From the IMG/VR virus record IMGVR_UViG_3300025519_000044, positions 27,359 through 91,358 of that record: a stretch of DNA of 64,000 nucleotides. One strand, written 5' to 3'. Under the pieces are notes generated by a model that saw nothing but the letters and a program-made list of their open reading frames with translations, did not search any database and was not told the origin of the DNA. Of the stretch, positions 21,337 to 29,112 are shown piece after piece. The position numbers and the translations under genes are program-made. Every line of letters begins with the position of its first letter. Positions within the stretch are counted from its first letter, which is position 1. The stretch comes from a virus.

Positions 21337-21729
21337 CTAAATATTTGTTTCCCAGGCATCCACAGTTGCTTTCATAGCTTCCATGGCATGTTTTTTTGTG
21401 GGAAAATGTTCTATGCCGGATTCCCCGTCATCGACATTGTAAGACGGAACTTCATCCGCATACGGATATTCCGGTCCCCAAGCGAAGAAGTAATTTCCAT
21501 TTTCGGCCTTCCCGACGGCGTAGGCCTCGCCGTTATTTGGGAAGTTGTCACGCAATTCAACGATTTCTAATACCTCCACTTTCAACTCCTCCTCTTTTTC
21601 CTCTACATATTTCCTCATCAATTGTCGGATGACTTCACTCTTGTTTTGCATCAGTGCTTCATTTACGCGGTCGAACCGATCAAGAAGGTCCTGATCAATC
21701 CTGTATTGCCTCGTACGTTTCACTTTCAT
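21337..21729 (-). CDS. Ribbon-helix-helix domain fused to acidic domain (Aca-like/Acr candidate)
   Basis: GGGAGG RBS; RTRQYRIDQDLLDRF..NKSEVIRQLMRKYVE pattern; homolog 60552-60944. Confidence 0.75.
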   Translation of the reverse strand: MKVKRTRQYRIDQDLLDRFDRVNEALMQNKSEVIRQLMRKYVEEKEEELKVEVLEIVELRDNFPNNGEAYAVGKAENGNYFFAWGPEYPYADEVPSYNVDDGESGIEHFPTKKHAMEAMKATVDAWETNI

Positions 21730-21766
21730 ACCTCCCATAACCAAAAAGATGGACACAACATGCGCA

Positions 21767-21795
21767 TTGACATGATAAAAGTTTGTGATTATAAT
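21767..21795 (+). promoter_or_regulatory. Perfect consensus sigma-A promoter driving the mini-array
   Basis: TTGACA-17 nt-TATAAT. Confidence 0.88.
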
Positions 21796-21800
21796 TAGTC

Positions 21801-21896
21801 CATGAACCATAACACAGGGTGTATTTAAATAGTATCTTTTTAATTAATTAACCTGTGCTATTTTTTATTGAACCGTAACATGAGATGTAAGGGAAG
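21801..21896 (+). CRISPR. Phage-borne mini-array (repeat-36 nt spacer-truncated repeat), I-B-like repeat family
   Basis: R1 21801-21830 CATGAACCATAACACAGGGTGTATTTAAAT; spacer 21831-21866; R2 21867-21889 ATTGAACCGTAACATGAGATGTA then degenerate. Confidence 0.78.
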
Positions 21897-21925
21897 AGGG
21901 AGCGAACATAAATCCGCTCTCTTTT
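21894..21925 (+). terminator. Terminator of mini-array transcript
   Basis: AGAGGGAGCG-loop-CGCTCTCTTTT. Confidence 0.65.
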
Positions 21926-22435
21926 CTATTTTTCCGGTTTCCCGAATTTTTCCGTAAGCGCAGTTTCTGATATAAACGTATAGGCGCCGTTACTTTTAAA
22001 ATGGCCATCCGGATAATCGGCGCCGTCTATCTCTTCCACCGATATGCCCCAAGTTTTTGCGGCATCCTTTGCTTCCCACACCTTAATGCCAAGTGGTTTA
22101 AAAGTTTTTCGCATTTCCCGGTACATTTCGTATGCTTCCGCGCGATTCTTTCGTTTGTTATTACGTTCTGCTATTATTTCCTTTATTTTATCGGCAGCCG
22201 CCAGAAACTCATCTTCATCTACTTCCCACGTTCCAACCGTTTTATAATCTGTTTGTAGTCTAGATTCGCTGTTGTCGAAAGTGGTTGACGGTAAAACCTC
22301 CCCAAGGCTGAATATGTAATCTTCCTTAACGGCATGTTCGACAATCGCAAATGCCTCGGCAGCTTTTGGTGTCCCCTTTACAAGCTCCGGGTAAACAGTT
22401 TCGGAATAAGACGTTTCTTTATACACAATTTTCAT
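21926..22435 (-). CDS. Hypothetical; acidic N-terminus, degenerate HTH-like C-terminus (Acr candidate)
   Basis: AGGAGG RBS; DAAKTWGIS..FISETAL..FG resembles winged HTH. Confidence 0.7.
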   Translation of the reverse strand: MKIVYKETSYSETVYPELVKGTPKAAEAFAIVEHAVKEDYIFSLGEVLPSTTFDNSESRLQTDYKTVGTWEVDEDEFLAAADKIKEIIAERNNKRKNRAEAYEMYREMRKTFKPLGIKVWEAKDAAKTWGISVEEIDGADYPDGHFKSNGAYTFISETALTEKFGKPEK

Positions 22436-22454
22436 TTTTGTTTCCTCCTAATTT

Positions 22455-22826
22455 TTATGCGTTTATTTTAGCGCCTTTAAATCTCCAAAACGCTTTTGTT
22501 ACCGGTGTATATGCGCCACGTTCTTGTGCCACAATAACACCGTTTTGCAATTCAAGAAACCCTTGTTCTTTACGGTATCCGGATCCTGTATAGTAATTTA
22601 CGTATAAGCGTTCCTTCCCGTATTTTGCCCAGTAGTTAACGGAATAGGAATCGCTCTTCATTACGGAATTGATGTAGGTTTCAACATCTTCCACCGTAAT
22701 TTCTTTTGCTTCTTTTGCCTCCTTCCATGCGAGCCGGAGAGATTCTGCAAAGTATTCCTTTACCTTTCCGCCAAATTTACGTTGCCCTGCTTTAGCAATC
22801 TCCCAAGCCCGTTTCATAACGTTCAT
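22455..22826 (-). CDS. Hypothetical, first gene of leftward operon (Acr candidate)
   Basis: AAAGGAG RBS; N-terminal ~38 aa shared with 61017-61406. Confidence 0.75.
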   Translation of the reverse strand: MNVMKRAWEIAKAGQRKFGGKVKEYFAESLRLAWKEAKEAKEITVEDVETYINSVMKSDSYSVNYWAKYGKERLYVNYYTGSGYRKEQGFLELQNGVIVAQERGAYTPVTKAFWRFKGAKINA

Positions 22827-22857
22827 TTCTCTTATCTCCTTTCCTTATCTTGATTTC

Positions 22858-22889
22858 ATTGTATCATTTTGTATGTACATTGTCAATAC
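22858..22889 (-). promoter_or_regulatory. Strong leftward promoter with overlapping imperfect palindrome
   Basis: TTGACA-17-TACAAT on minus strand; GTATGTACA-T-TGTCAATAC 22871-22889. Confidence 0.8.
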
Positions 22890-22965
22890 GTTTTTTGAAT
22901 TTTTTTATTGGTTTTTGAAAAAAGTGATCCCGCCAAAAAATCCCAAAAAATTTTTTCGAGGCCTA

Positions 22966-22994
22966 TAGACAAAATAAGCCAATTTTCTTATAAT
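22966..22994 (+). promoter_or_regulatory. Sigma-A promoter of C-rich sRNA, copy 1
   Basis: TAGACA-17-TATAAT; conserved at 62292-62320. Confidence 0.8.
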
Positions 22995-23000
22995 TTTGTT

Positions 23001-23090
23001 AGCAGGCGTTCCAATTGTCCATGTATTTGTAAAAAATACCCCCCTATGCCTGCACAAAAATAGAGCAGGTGGTTAGCCTGCTCCTTTTTT
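23001..23090 (+). ncRNA. Putative ~90 nt C-rich sRNA, copy 1
   Basis: Promoter; closing stem GCAGGC/GCCTGC; CCCCCCT stretch; terminator GAGCAGG/CCTGCTC + T6; no ORF. Confidence 0.65.
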
Positions 23091-23129
23091 ATTCATGAAA
23101 ATCCTCCCCATAATCGAGGAGGAAAATGC

Positions 23130-23732
23130 TTATTTTAAATTGATGTTTTCTGTTTCCGTACCAAAAGCGCCCGTTTGGACTTGTACTTTTAGATCAGAAG
23201 AATTAGCGACATCTTCGGACACATCAAAAACAACTCTGCCGCCCATTTCTGATCCTGGGTTTAGATCCTGCATGAAAAAGCTGTTATCAATAGATCCATC
23301 TTCTTTTTGGTTAGCCGACATACTTGCTTCCGCATCAGCTTCATATGTCTTAGATCCGAGCTTTAGCTTGAAAAAGCTCGAGTCAACCGTTACGGCTTCA
23401 TTCCCGTTATTCTTTACATTCAAATCTATGACTAAGAATGTACCGTTTGCCGTTTCCTGTAATGCTGATGGGCCAACCTTTTTAGTAGTTGAGGTTTTTG
23501 TAACCTTGTACTGCATGTCACCAACTTTAACAGTGTCGCCAATTTTATATTCTTTCTTGGATGCAGCTTTTTTAGGCGAGGAAGCAGTAGTACTCTTGCT
23601 ATCTTTAGAATCTTTTGCAGAATCGTCGTTCCCTCCATTTGAACCTATTGCCCCAGCGACAATAATTACAACAATCACCCAGAACCACCATTTCTTATAA
23701 AATGGTTTTTTAGTTTTTCCTTCTTTAGCCAC
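23130..23732 (-). CDS. DUF4352-type membrane-anchored surface protein (possible superinfection exclusion)
   Basis: KKPFYKKWWFW anchor; Ig-like domain with LNPG..G.VVFDV. Confidence 0.8.
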   Translation of the reverse strand: MAKEGKTKKPFYKKWWFWVIVVIIVAGAIGSNGGNDDSAKDSKDSKSTTASSPKKAASKKEYKIGDTVKVGDMQYKVTKTSTTKKVGPSALQETANGTFLVIDLNVKNNGNEAVTVDSSFFKLKLGSKTYEADAEASMSANQKEDGSIDNSFFMQDLNPGSEMGGRVVFDVSEDVANSSDLKVQVQTGAFGTETENINLK

Positions 23733-23901
23733 TCTAATTCCCCCTATATGTAATAATTTTCGGTATTATTATAACATAATTCCCTTACATAAAAACACAT
23801 TATTTTTTTATTTGATAAATATCCTCAAATTTTACCACCACCATCCACAGAAAAGAAAAACTGCAAAAGTGGCTGTCCGGGATGAATGCCCAGGTGCTCA
23901 C

Positions 23902-24147
23902 TTTTGCAGAAACAAAATGATTTTGCATTTATTTTGCATTTGGTTTTTTGCATATGCCTATAAACCCTTATATATCAGTCTTTTCCTATTATAAGTTCGA
24001 ATCCCTCCTGGGACGTCATTAGGTTTTAAATAGTTGAAAATAAAATCGCTGAACCCCTTGATACGACTGCATTTGCGGTCGTTTTTTTATTGTCCAGTTT
24101 GTAAAAGAATATAAGGGTTTTAAAAATTTTTTTGCACGGATTTTGCA
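23902..24147 (+). repeat. Integrase arm-type repeats TTTTGCA on both sides of the att core
   Basis: Copies at 23902, 23921, 23932, 23946, 24130, 24141; pairs 11 bp apart. Confidence 0.65.
23995..24018 (+). other. att core: 3' fragment of a tRNA (Arg-UCU-like)
   Basis: GTTCGAATCCCTCCTGGGACGTCA = T loop plus acceptor strand; no 5' tRNA half; next to integrase 3' end. Confidence 0.8.
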
Positions 24148-25271
24148 CGAAAAACATCCTCCATTGTGTCGTCTACAACTCTGGATTCCGCCTGTTCCAT
24201 TTCATCCAAAATATGCGAATAAGTTTGCAAAGTTGTCACAATATCTTTATGTCCAAGACGGCGGGAGATATATTTAATGTTAACACCCTTATATAAGAGC
24301 ATAGAAGCGTGTGTATGGCGCAAACCGTGGCATGTTATCTCCTTTATTCCTATTTTTTTGCAAAGTGTTCGTAATGTTTTATTAACGGCATTATTCGTTA
24401 CTGGATGCATTTTGGTGTTTACAAATACAAGATTTTTTTCATTGCGAAGGCCTGTCAGTAAAGCTTTTTTGTTTTGCTCCGTCTTAAGATTTTGTAACAT
24501 GTCCGCGGTGCCCTTGTCTATCGTTATTGTACGCTTGGATGCATAATTTTTTGTGTTGCTAAAGCCGTGTAAATCTTTAAAATCCCAGGTCTTATTAATC
24601 GTAATGGTGCGATTTTTAAAATCCACACAATCCCACGTAAGCCCCATAATCTCGCTAAAACGGGCACCGGTAGCTATCGCAAATAAAATGATATACCGGG
24701 AAATGTACCGTGGTTGTAAATTCTTCTTAGTTTCAACAACAAGCTTTTGCACGTCATTAAAATTCAGGTACTTCAATTCCTCTGATTTCGCATCTTTTTC
24801 CCCTTTAATAATTACCTTATATGTCGGATCCTTAAATATTATGCCGTCCTGTATCGCTTCTTGCAGGCACGCCTTTATATAGGTATGCCGTTTTTTTACC
24901 GTTTCCCGGGTGTGTCCCTTAGCAATTTCGTTTAAAAATTTTTGGTACATTACCCTGGTAATCTCTTTAAGCTTAACGCCTGCAAAATACTTTTCGACAA
25001 GCCTTACGGACCGTTCAATGTTTCTTTCATGCTCTATGTCGTACTTTCCTTTTTTGTATACCTCAAACCACGTCCGCATGTATTCTGAAAACAATTGATC
25101 GCCGGCTGAAATGTCCATCCCTACATGCAACTTTTTTTCCACTTCAGCAGCAGCCAGTTCGCATTCTTTTTTCGTCCGAAAACCGCCTTTCGTTTTGGTC
25201 TTATATTTGCCGGCATCTTTGTAAGACACACGATAGCGCCAACCATTGCCTAACTTTTGTATGCTTGCCAT
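24120..25271 (-). CDS. int: Tyrosine integrase
   Basis: N-terminal arm-binding domain; TGAR.SE, HGLRHTHAS, RLGH and Y catalytic motifs. Confidence 0.96.
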   Translation of the reverse strand: MASIQKLGNGWRYRVSYKDAGKYKTKTKGGFRTKKECELAAAEVEKKLHVGMDISAGDQLFSEYMRTWFEVYKKGKYDIEHERNIERSVRLVEKYFAGVKLKEITRVMYQKFLNEIAKGHTRETVKKRHTYIKACLQEAIQDGIIFKDPTYKVIIKGEKDAKSEELKYLNFNDVQKLVVETKKNLQPRYISRYIILFAIATGARFSEIMGLTWDCVDFKNRTITINKTWDFKDLHGFSNTKNYASKRTITIDKGTADMLQNLKTEQNKKALLTGLRNEKNLVFVNTKMHPVTNNAVNKTLRTLCKKIGIKEITCHGLRHTHASMLLYKGVNIKYISRRLGHKDIVTTLQTYSHILDEMEQAESRVVDDTMEDVFRAKSVQKNF

Positions 25272-25338
25272 TTTACCACCTTCCAGATATTAAAATAGGC
25301 GGGAGCTACCCGCCTAATAAAATGCTTGGCCAAACATT

Positions 25339-25977
25339 TTAATACTCAATTACATTTCTTTTCAGCTTGCCTATTATTCTTACATTATAGTTTTCATCCA
25401 GCACAATTGGCGGATAGTGTGGATTTTCACTTTGCAAAATTAAAGCATTTTCAGTCTTGTATACTCTTTTTAGTAATGCCTCATCATCTACAAGGACCGC
25501 GGCAATTTCTCCATTTTCTACCTCTTCCTGCCTGCGAATCAAGAGCAAATCACCATCCATTATACGGGCATTAATCATACTATCTCCTTTCGCTCTAACA
25601 TAAATGTATTCACCACCATTTAACCATTCACGTGGCGTTGCGACGTAACCTTCTATATTTTCGTAAGCAACAACTCCGTTTCCGCAAGAAATTTTTGCAA
25701 CAATAGGAAGCATGGCTATTTCAGATTTTCCTTCTGCTATGTTTTCGTTCTTATCTAAAAGCAAATCAGATTTGTTAATCTTGAAATACTCACTGATTTT
25801 TTCAAGTGCTCCAGCTCTTGGCATTTTTTTAGCATTTTCCCAGTCTGATATAGTCGATTGAGCGACACCGAGCGCTTCAGCTAATTCGCTTGTAGTTTTA
25901 TCGCTTTTTTCTCTATATTGTTTAAAGTTTTCCGCGAATATTTCTTTTATGTCTTTGCTAGCCAACGTTATCATCAC
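25339..25977 (-). CDS. CI/LexA-like repressor (HTH + S24 peptidase)
   Basis: XRE HTH; SCG cleavage site; GDSM and LKR motifs. Confidence 0.93.
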   Translation of the reverse strand: MMITLASKDIKEIFAENFKQYREKSDKTTSELAEALGVAQSTISDWENAKKMPRAGALEKISEYFKINKSDLLLDKNENIAEGKSEIAMLPIVAKISCGNGVVAYENIEGYVATPREWLNGGEYIYVRAKGDSMINARIMDGDLLLIRRQEEVENGEIAAVLVDDEALLKRVYKTENALILQSENPHYPPIVLDENYNVRIIGKLKRNVIEY

Positions 25978-25997
25978 CTCCCTTTATCTTCAATTAT

Positions 25998-26090
25998 ATA
26001 TGCTTTTTGCGATAATGCAATGCATTATGCAAAAAAAATATCGCAAAAAGAAAATTTTTTGTTGCAATATCGCAAAAAGCGATATATAAT
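25998..26090. promoter_or_regulatory. Genetic switch: lytic promoter and TATCGC-N5-GCGATA operators
   Basis: TTGCAA-17-TATAAT 26062-26090; full operator 26067-26085; partial copies ~26038 and ~25998-26014. Confidence 0.8.
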
Positions 26091-26112
26091 AGAGACATAG
26101 AAAGGAGGGAAA

Positions 26113-26376
26113 ATGATGGAAAGAATTCCAACGTATTTAAAAATGACGCTTCCTGCACTGCGCGTTAGACTTGGTCTGACACAGGAAGAGGCGGCAAAAA
26201 AGCTTGGAGTTACGCGCGAAACACTTAGAAGTTGGGAAAAGGATCCTTCTAATATTTCTTATAAGTACATGAAGAAAATTTCTGAACTGTACTGCATCCC
26301 ACTCGATTATATTTTTTTTGATAATCATATCGCTTTTAGCGATAAAGCCAAAAGTGAATTCAAGATTGCAAATTAA
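26113..26376 (+). CDS. Cro-like HTH regulator
   Basis: LTQEEAAKKLGVTRETLRSWE; divergent from repressor. Confidence 0.88.
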   Translation: MMERIPTYLKMTLPALRVRLGLTQEEAAKKLGVTRETLRSWEKDPSNISYKYMKKISELYCIPLDYIFFDNHIAFSDKAKSEFKIAN

Positions 26377-26389
26377 GGAGGGCATTTAC

Positions 26390-27175
26390 ATGGGAGAACT
26401 TGTTTTTATCCATGACAATACACCGGTTACTGACAGCTTGACAGTTGCTGAAGTTTTTGGAAAAAGGCATGACGCTGTTTTACGCGATATTGAAAATCAA
26501 ATAACCAAGCTCCAGGAAGCAGGTGAACAAGAATTTTCACTCCACAACTTTGAGGAGTCAACTTACACCAACGAACGCGGCCGGGAGTATCGAAAATACA
26601 ATCTTACTGAAGATGCGTTTACATTAGTTTCCATGGCTTACACAACGCCGGAAGCAATGAAATTTAAAGTGCGGTTTATCAAAGAATTTAAACGGATGCG
26701 TGAGCAGATTGAATTGGCGAACCAACCTTCTTACATGGTCGCTGATCCAATTGAGCGGGCGAAGCGTTGGATTGAAGAAGAACAGGAAAGGCAGAAACTG
26801 CAAACGGACAATTTAGTGCTTACCCAGCAGGTGAACGAACTGCAGCCGAAAGCGTCATATTACGATTTAATTTTGCAGAATAAGTCATTGCTATCCATAA
26901 CTAAAATCGCGAAAGATTACGGCATGAGTGGGATGGCATTGAATAAAAAGTTACATGAACTAGGCGTCCAATATAAGCAAGGCGATATTTGGCTGCTGTA
27001 TGCAAAGTACCAGGACAAAGGGTACACGCAAACAACAACGCATGTGATCGACGCTGATAAAGCACGAGTAAGCACCAAATGGACGCAGAAAGGCAGATTG
27101 TTTATTTACGCGTTGCTGAAAAATGAAGGCATTTTGCCAATCATCGAGCGTGACCAGGAAGGTGAGGCATCGTGA
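26390..27175 (+). CDS. Antirepressor (Rha N-terminus + KilA-C/ANT domain)
   Basis: DSL.VAE.FGK.H..VLRDI and WTQKGRLFI motifs. Confidence 0.9.
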   Translation: MGELVFIHDNTPVTDSLTVAEVFGKRHDAVLRDIENQITKLQEAGEQEFSLHNFEESTYTNERGREYRKYNLTEDAFTLVSMAYTTPEAMKFKVRFIKEFKRMREQIELANQPSYMVADPIERAKRWIEEEQERQKLQTDNLVLTQQVNELQPKASYYDLILQNKSLLSITKIAKDYGMSGMALNKKLHELGVQYKQGDIWLLYAKYQDKGYTQTTTHVIDADKARVSTKWTQKGRLFIYALLKNEGILPIIERDQEGEAS

Positions 27176-27411
27176 AACCAGAAGAAAAAGTCTGGTGGTC
27201 GATGAAGGACCTTGTAGAGCGCACCGGTCGCAGTCACGTTTGGCTGAAAGAAAAAATTTTACTCCGTCCCGAATACAAAAAGATTTTGGACTTGGAAAAC
27301 GGCGGCCCGGTTTATTATCCGCAGTCGCAAGGTGACAAATGGTGTTTTCTGGCTGACAGGATGGAAGATTTTCTTCATAAATATTTTGCCCAAATATTTA
27401 TGGGGAGGTGA
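27172..27411 (+). CDS. DUF771-like / excisionase-like protein
   Basis: WWSMKDL..W.KEKIL..VYYP motif. Confidence 0.7.
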   Translation: MKPEEKVWWSMKDLVERTGRSHVWLKEKILLRPEYKKILDLENGGPVYYPQSQGDKWCFLADRMEDFLHKYFAQIFMGR

Positions 27412-27502
27412 TCAGCATGTTAATAAAAGCAGGCGCCTGGACGCGGCTGACAGCGAAGCAGAAATCCATTTTGCTTATGGCATATGCCCTGGAGATATTG
27501 AG

Positions 27503-27670
27503 ATGAAGCAAAACCCTTGGGTGTGGACGAAAAAAGCGCAGGACAAAAAGTCCGACCGGATTGCCGGCGATCCCGTACCAATTGGATATCTGGCCGAAGG
27601 ATATAGCGAATACTATCCGCCGGCTTCATGGGTGCATAAGGGATATATAGAAAAAATTGAAAGGAGGTGA
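27503..27670 (+). CDS. Small hypothetical protein
   Basis: GGAG RBS; coupled to a 29-codon ORF starting 27417. Confidence 0.5.
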   Translation: MKQNPWVWTKKAQDKKSDRIAGDPVPIGYLAEGYSEYYPPASWVHKGYIEKIERR

Positions 27671-27676
27671 ACGCTG

Positions 27677-27889
27677 ATGACGAACGAGCAGAAATTGGAA
27701 ATCGTTAAAAAGGCGCTCGAGAAAGGCGCTACAATCAGAGTTTATTTGTACGACGACAAAACCCGTCGCGACGCGGATGAAACAATCCAGAAAATCTGCG
27801 GGTGCAAGGGGAAATACGGCCGCGGTAAAGAAACGAGCTGGATTGAAGTGAAAGAAGAAAATTTTTACGTCACATCATTTTTTGATTAG
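27677..27889 (+). CDS. Hypothetical protein
   Basis: AAGGAGGT RBS. Confidence 0.7.
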   Translation: MTNEQKLEIVKKALEKGATIRVYLYDDKTRRDADETIQKICGCKGKYGRGKETSWIEVKEENFYVTSFFD

Positions 27890-27981
27890 GAAAAGCCCCT
27901 GCTGGAACAGGAGCAAATTGGAAAGTGAACTTTGATGATAGTTTACAACAAACAAATAAATTTTGAAAGGGGAACAAACGT

Positions 27982-28542
27982 ATGAACGAACTCCAGCAAG
28001 CTGAATTGCAAGAATGGGAAGAACAGCCGGCGGAAGAACGCCAGCATTTTGAAATTACGAACATGGAAAGCCTGACCTGGGCTTTTAGGAAGCTAGCAGC
28101 GTACAAGGCAAAGGAAAATGAAATTGTAAAAATTGCACAGCAGGAACGGCAACGAATTGACGACTGGGAAGCGGAACAAAAGAAATCCATCCGGGGAGAT
28201 ATGGAATTTTTTGAAGGTCTGATCCAGCGGTACCACGCCAAACAGCTGGCTGAGGATCCAAAAGCAAAAACGATATCTACGCCGTTTGGAAAGTCAAAAA
28301 GTCGGACGAGCAAACCGGCGCCGGAAAAACAGGACGAAAATAAGCTGCTTGAATATGTTGTAGAAAACGGTCTGGATGAGTTTGTAAAAAAATCGGTTAA
28401 ATGGGGAGATCTGAAAAAGAATTTGAAAATAGCGGAAGTTGATGGGAAAGCGGTTGTTGTCGATACGTCAACCGGGATGTACGTTCCAGGGGTTGCAATT
28501 AAGCCGGAACAAACATCCTTTACCATCGAGGTGAGTGAATAA
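27982..28542 (+). CDS. Mu Gam-like host-nuclease inhibitor
   Basis: WA.RKL, K.ISTPFGK and W.DLKK motifs. Confidence 0.75.
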   Translation: MNELQQAELQEWEEQPAEERQHFEITNMESLTWAFRKLAAYKAKENEIVKIAQQERQRIDDWEAEQKKSIRGDMEFFEGLIQRYHAKQLAEDPKAKTISTPFGKSKSRTSKPAPEKQDENKLLEYVVENGLDEFVKKSVKWGDLKKNLKIAEVDGKAVVVDTSTGMYVPGVAIKPEQTSFTIEVSE

Positions 28543-29099
28543 TGGCTCAACAGCAAGGTAACAGAAAAGAAGCATTAAAAGACTATGTGGAGGTAAATGT
28601 TCGAGTAGAAAAATTTTGGGAAAAATACCCGGACGGCAGGATTGAAACAGAAATTATTAGCTGGGAAAACGGCGTTATCGTTATGAAAGCAAGCATCTAT
28701 AAAAATCTGACAGACAATATTCCAAGTGCAAACGGATTTGCTTATGAAAAGGAAGGCAGCACGTTCATAAACAAAACCTCTGCTCTTGAAAATTGTGAAA
28801 CATCAGCGGTTGGGCGTGCTTTAGCATTAATGGGATTTGAAATCAAAAAAAGTATCGCCAGCAAGGAAGAAGTGGAAAATGCAAAGTTACAACAAAATGA
28901 AATGGTGACGCCGGAACAGATTGGTGAGATAAAAACAAAAGCCCTGGAATTCGCACAGGCACGTAACCAGCCGCCGGAAAAAGTTTATGAAGCACTAAAA
29001 ATTACGAGCTTTGAAGAATTGACCGGCAGGCAGGCAATGGCGGCCATTAAGAAATTGGACAAGTGGATTAAAGCAGCATCGGAGAAACAAGGAGCATAA
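28542..29099 (+). CDS. Single-strand annealing protein candidate (Rad52/Sak-like)
   Basis: ENCETSAVGRAL..G motif; position in recombination module. Confidence 0.6.
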   Translation: MAQQQGNRKEALKDYVEVNVRVEKFWEKYPDGRIETEIISWENGVIVMKASIYKNLTDNIPSANGFAYEKEGSTFINKTSALENCETSAVGRALALMGFEIKKSIASKEEVENAKLQQNEMVTPEQIGEIKTKALEFAQARNQPPEKVYEALKITSFEELTGRQAMAAIKKLDKWIKAASEKQGA

Positions 29100-29112
29100 A
29101 GAGGGTGAAGAC

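Noticed and set aside
21730-21810. N-terminal extension of the RHH ORF given in the ORF track
   Set aside because: The RBS and the block 2 homolog support a start at 21729; the extension overlaps the mini-array promoter.
22999-23046. Minus-strand RBS plus ATG suggesting a toxin peptide antisense to the sRNA
   Set aside because: The two copies differ by a frameshift (7 versus 11 codons) and the RBS-ATG spacing is too long.
23995-24018. Intact tRNA gene
   Set aside because: Only the T loop and 3' acceptor strand are present.
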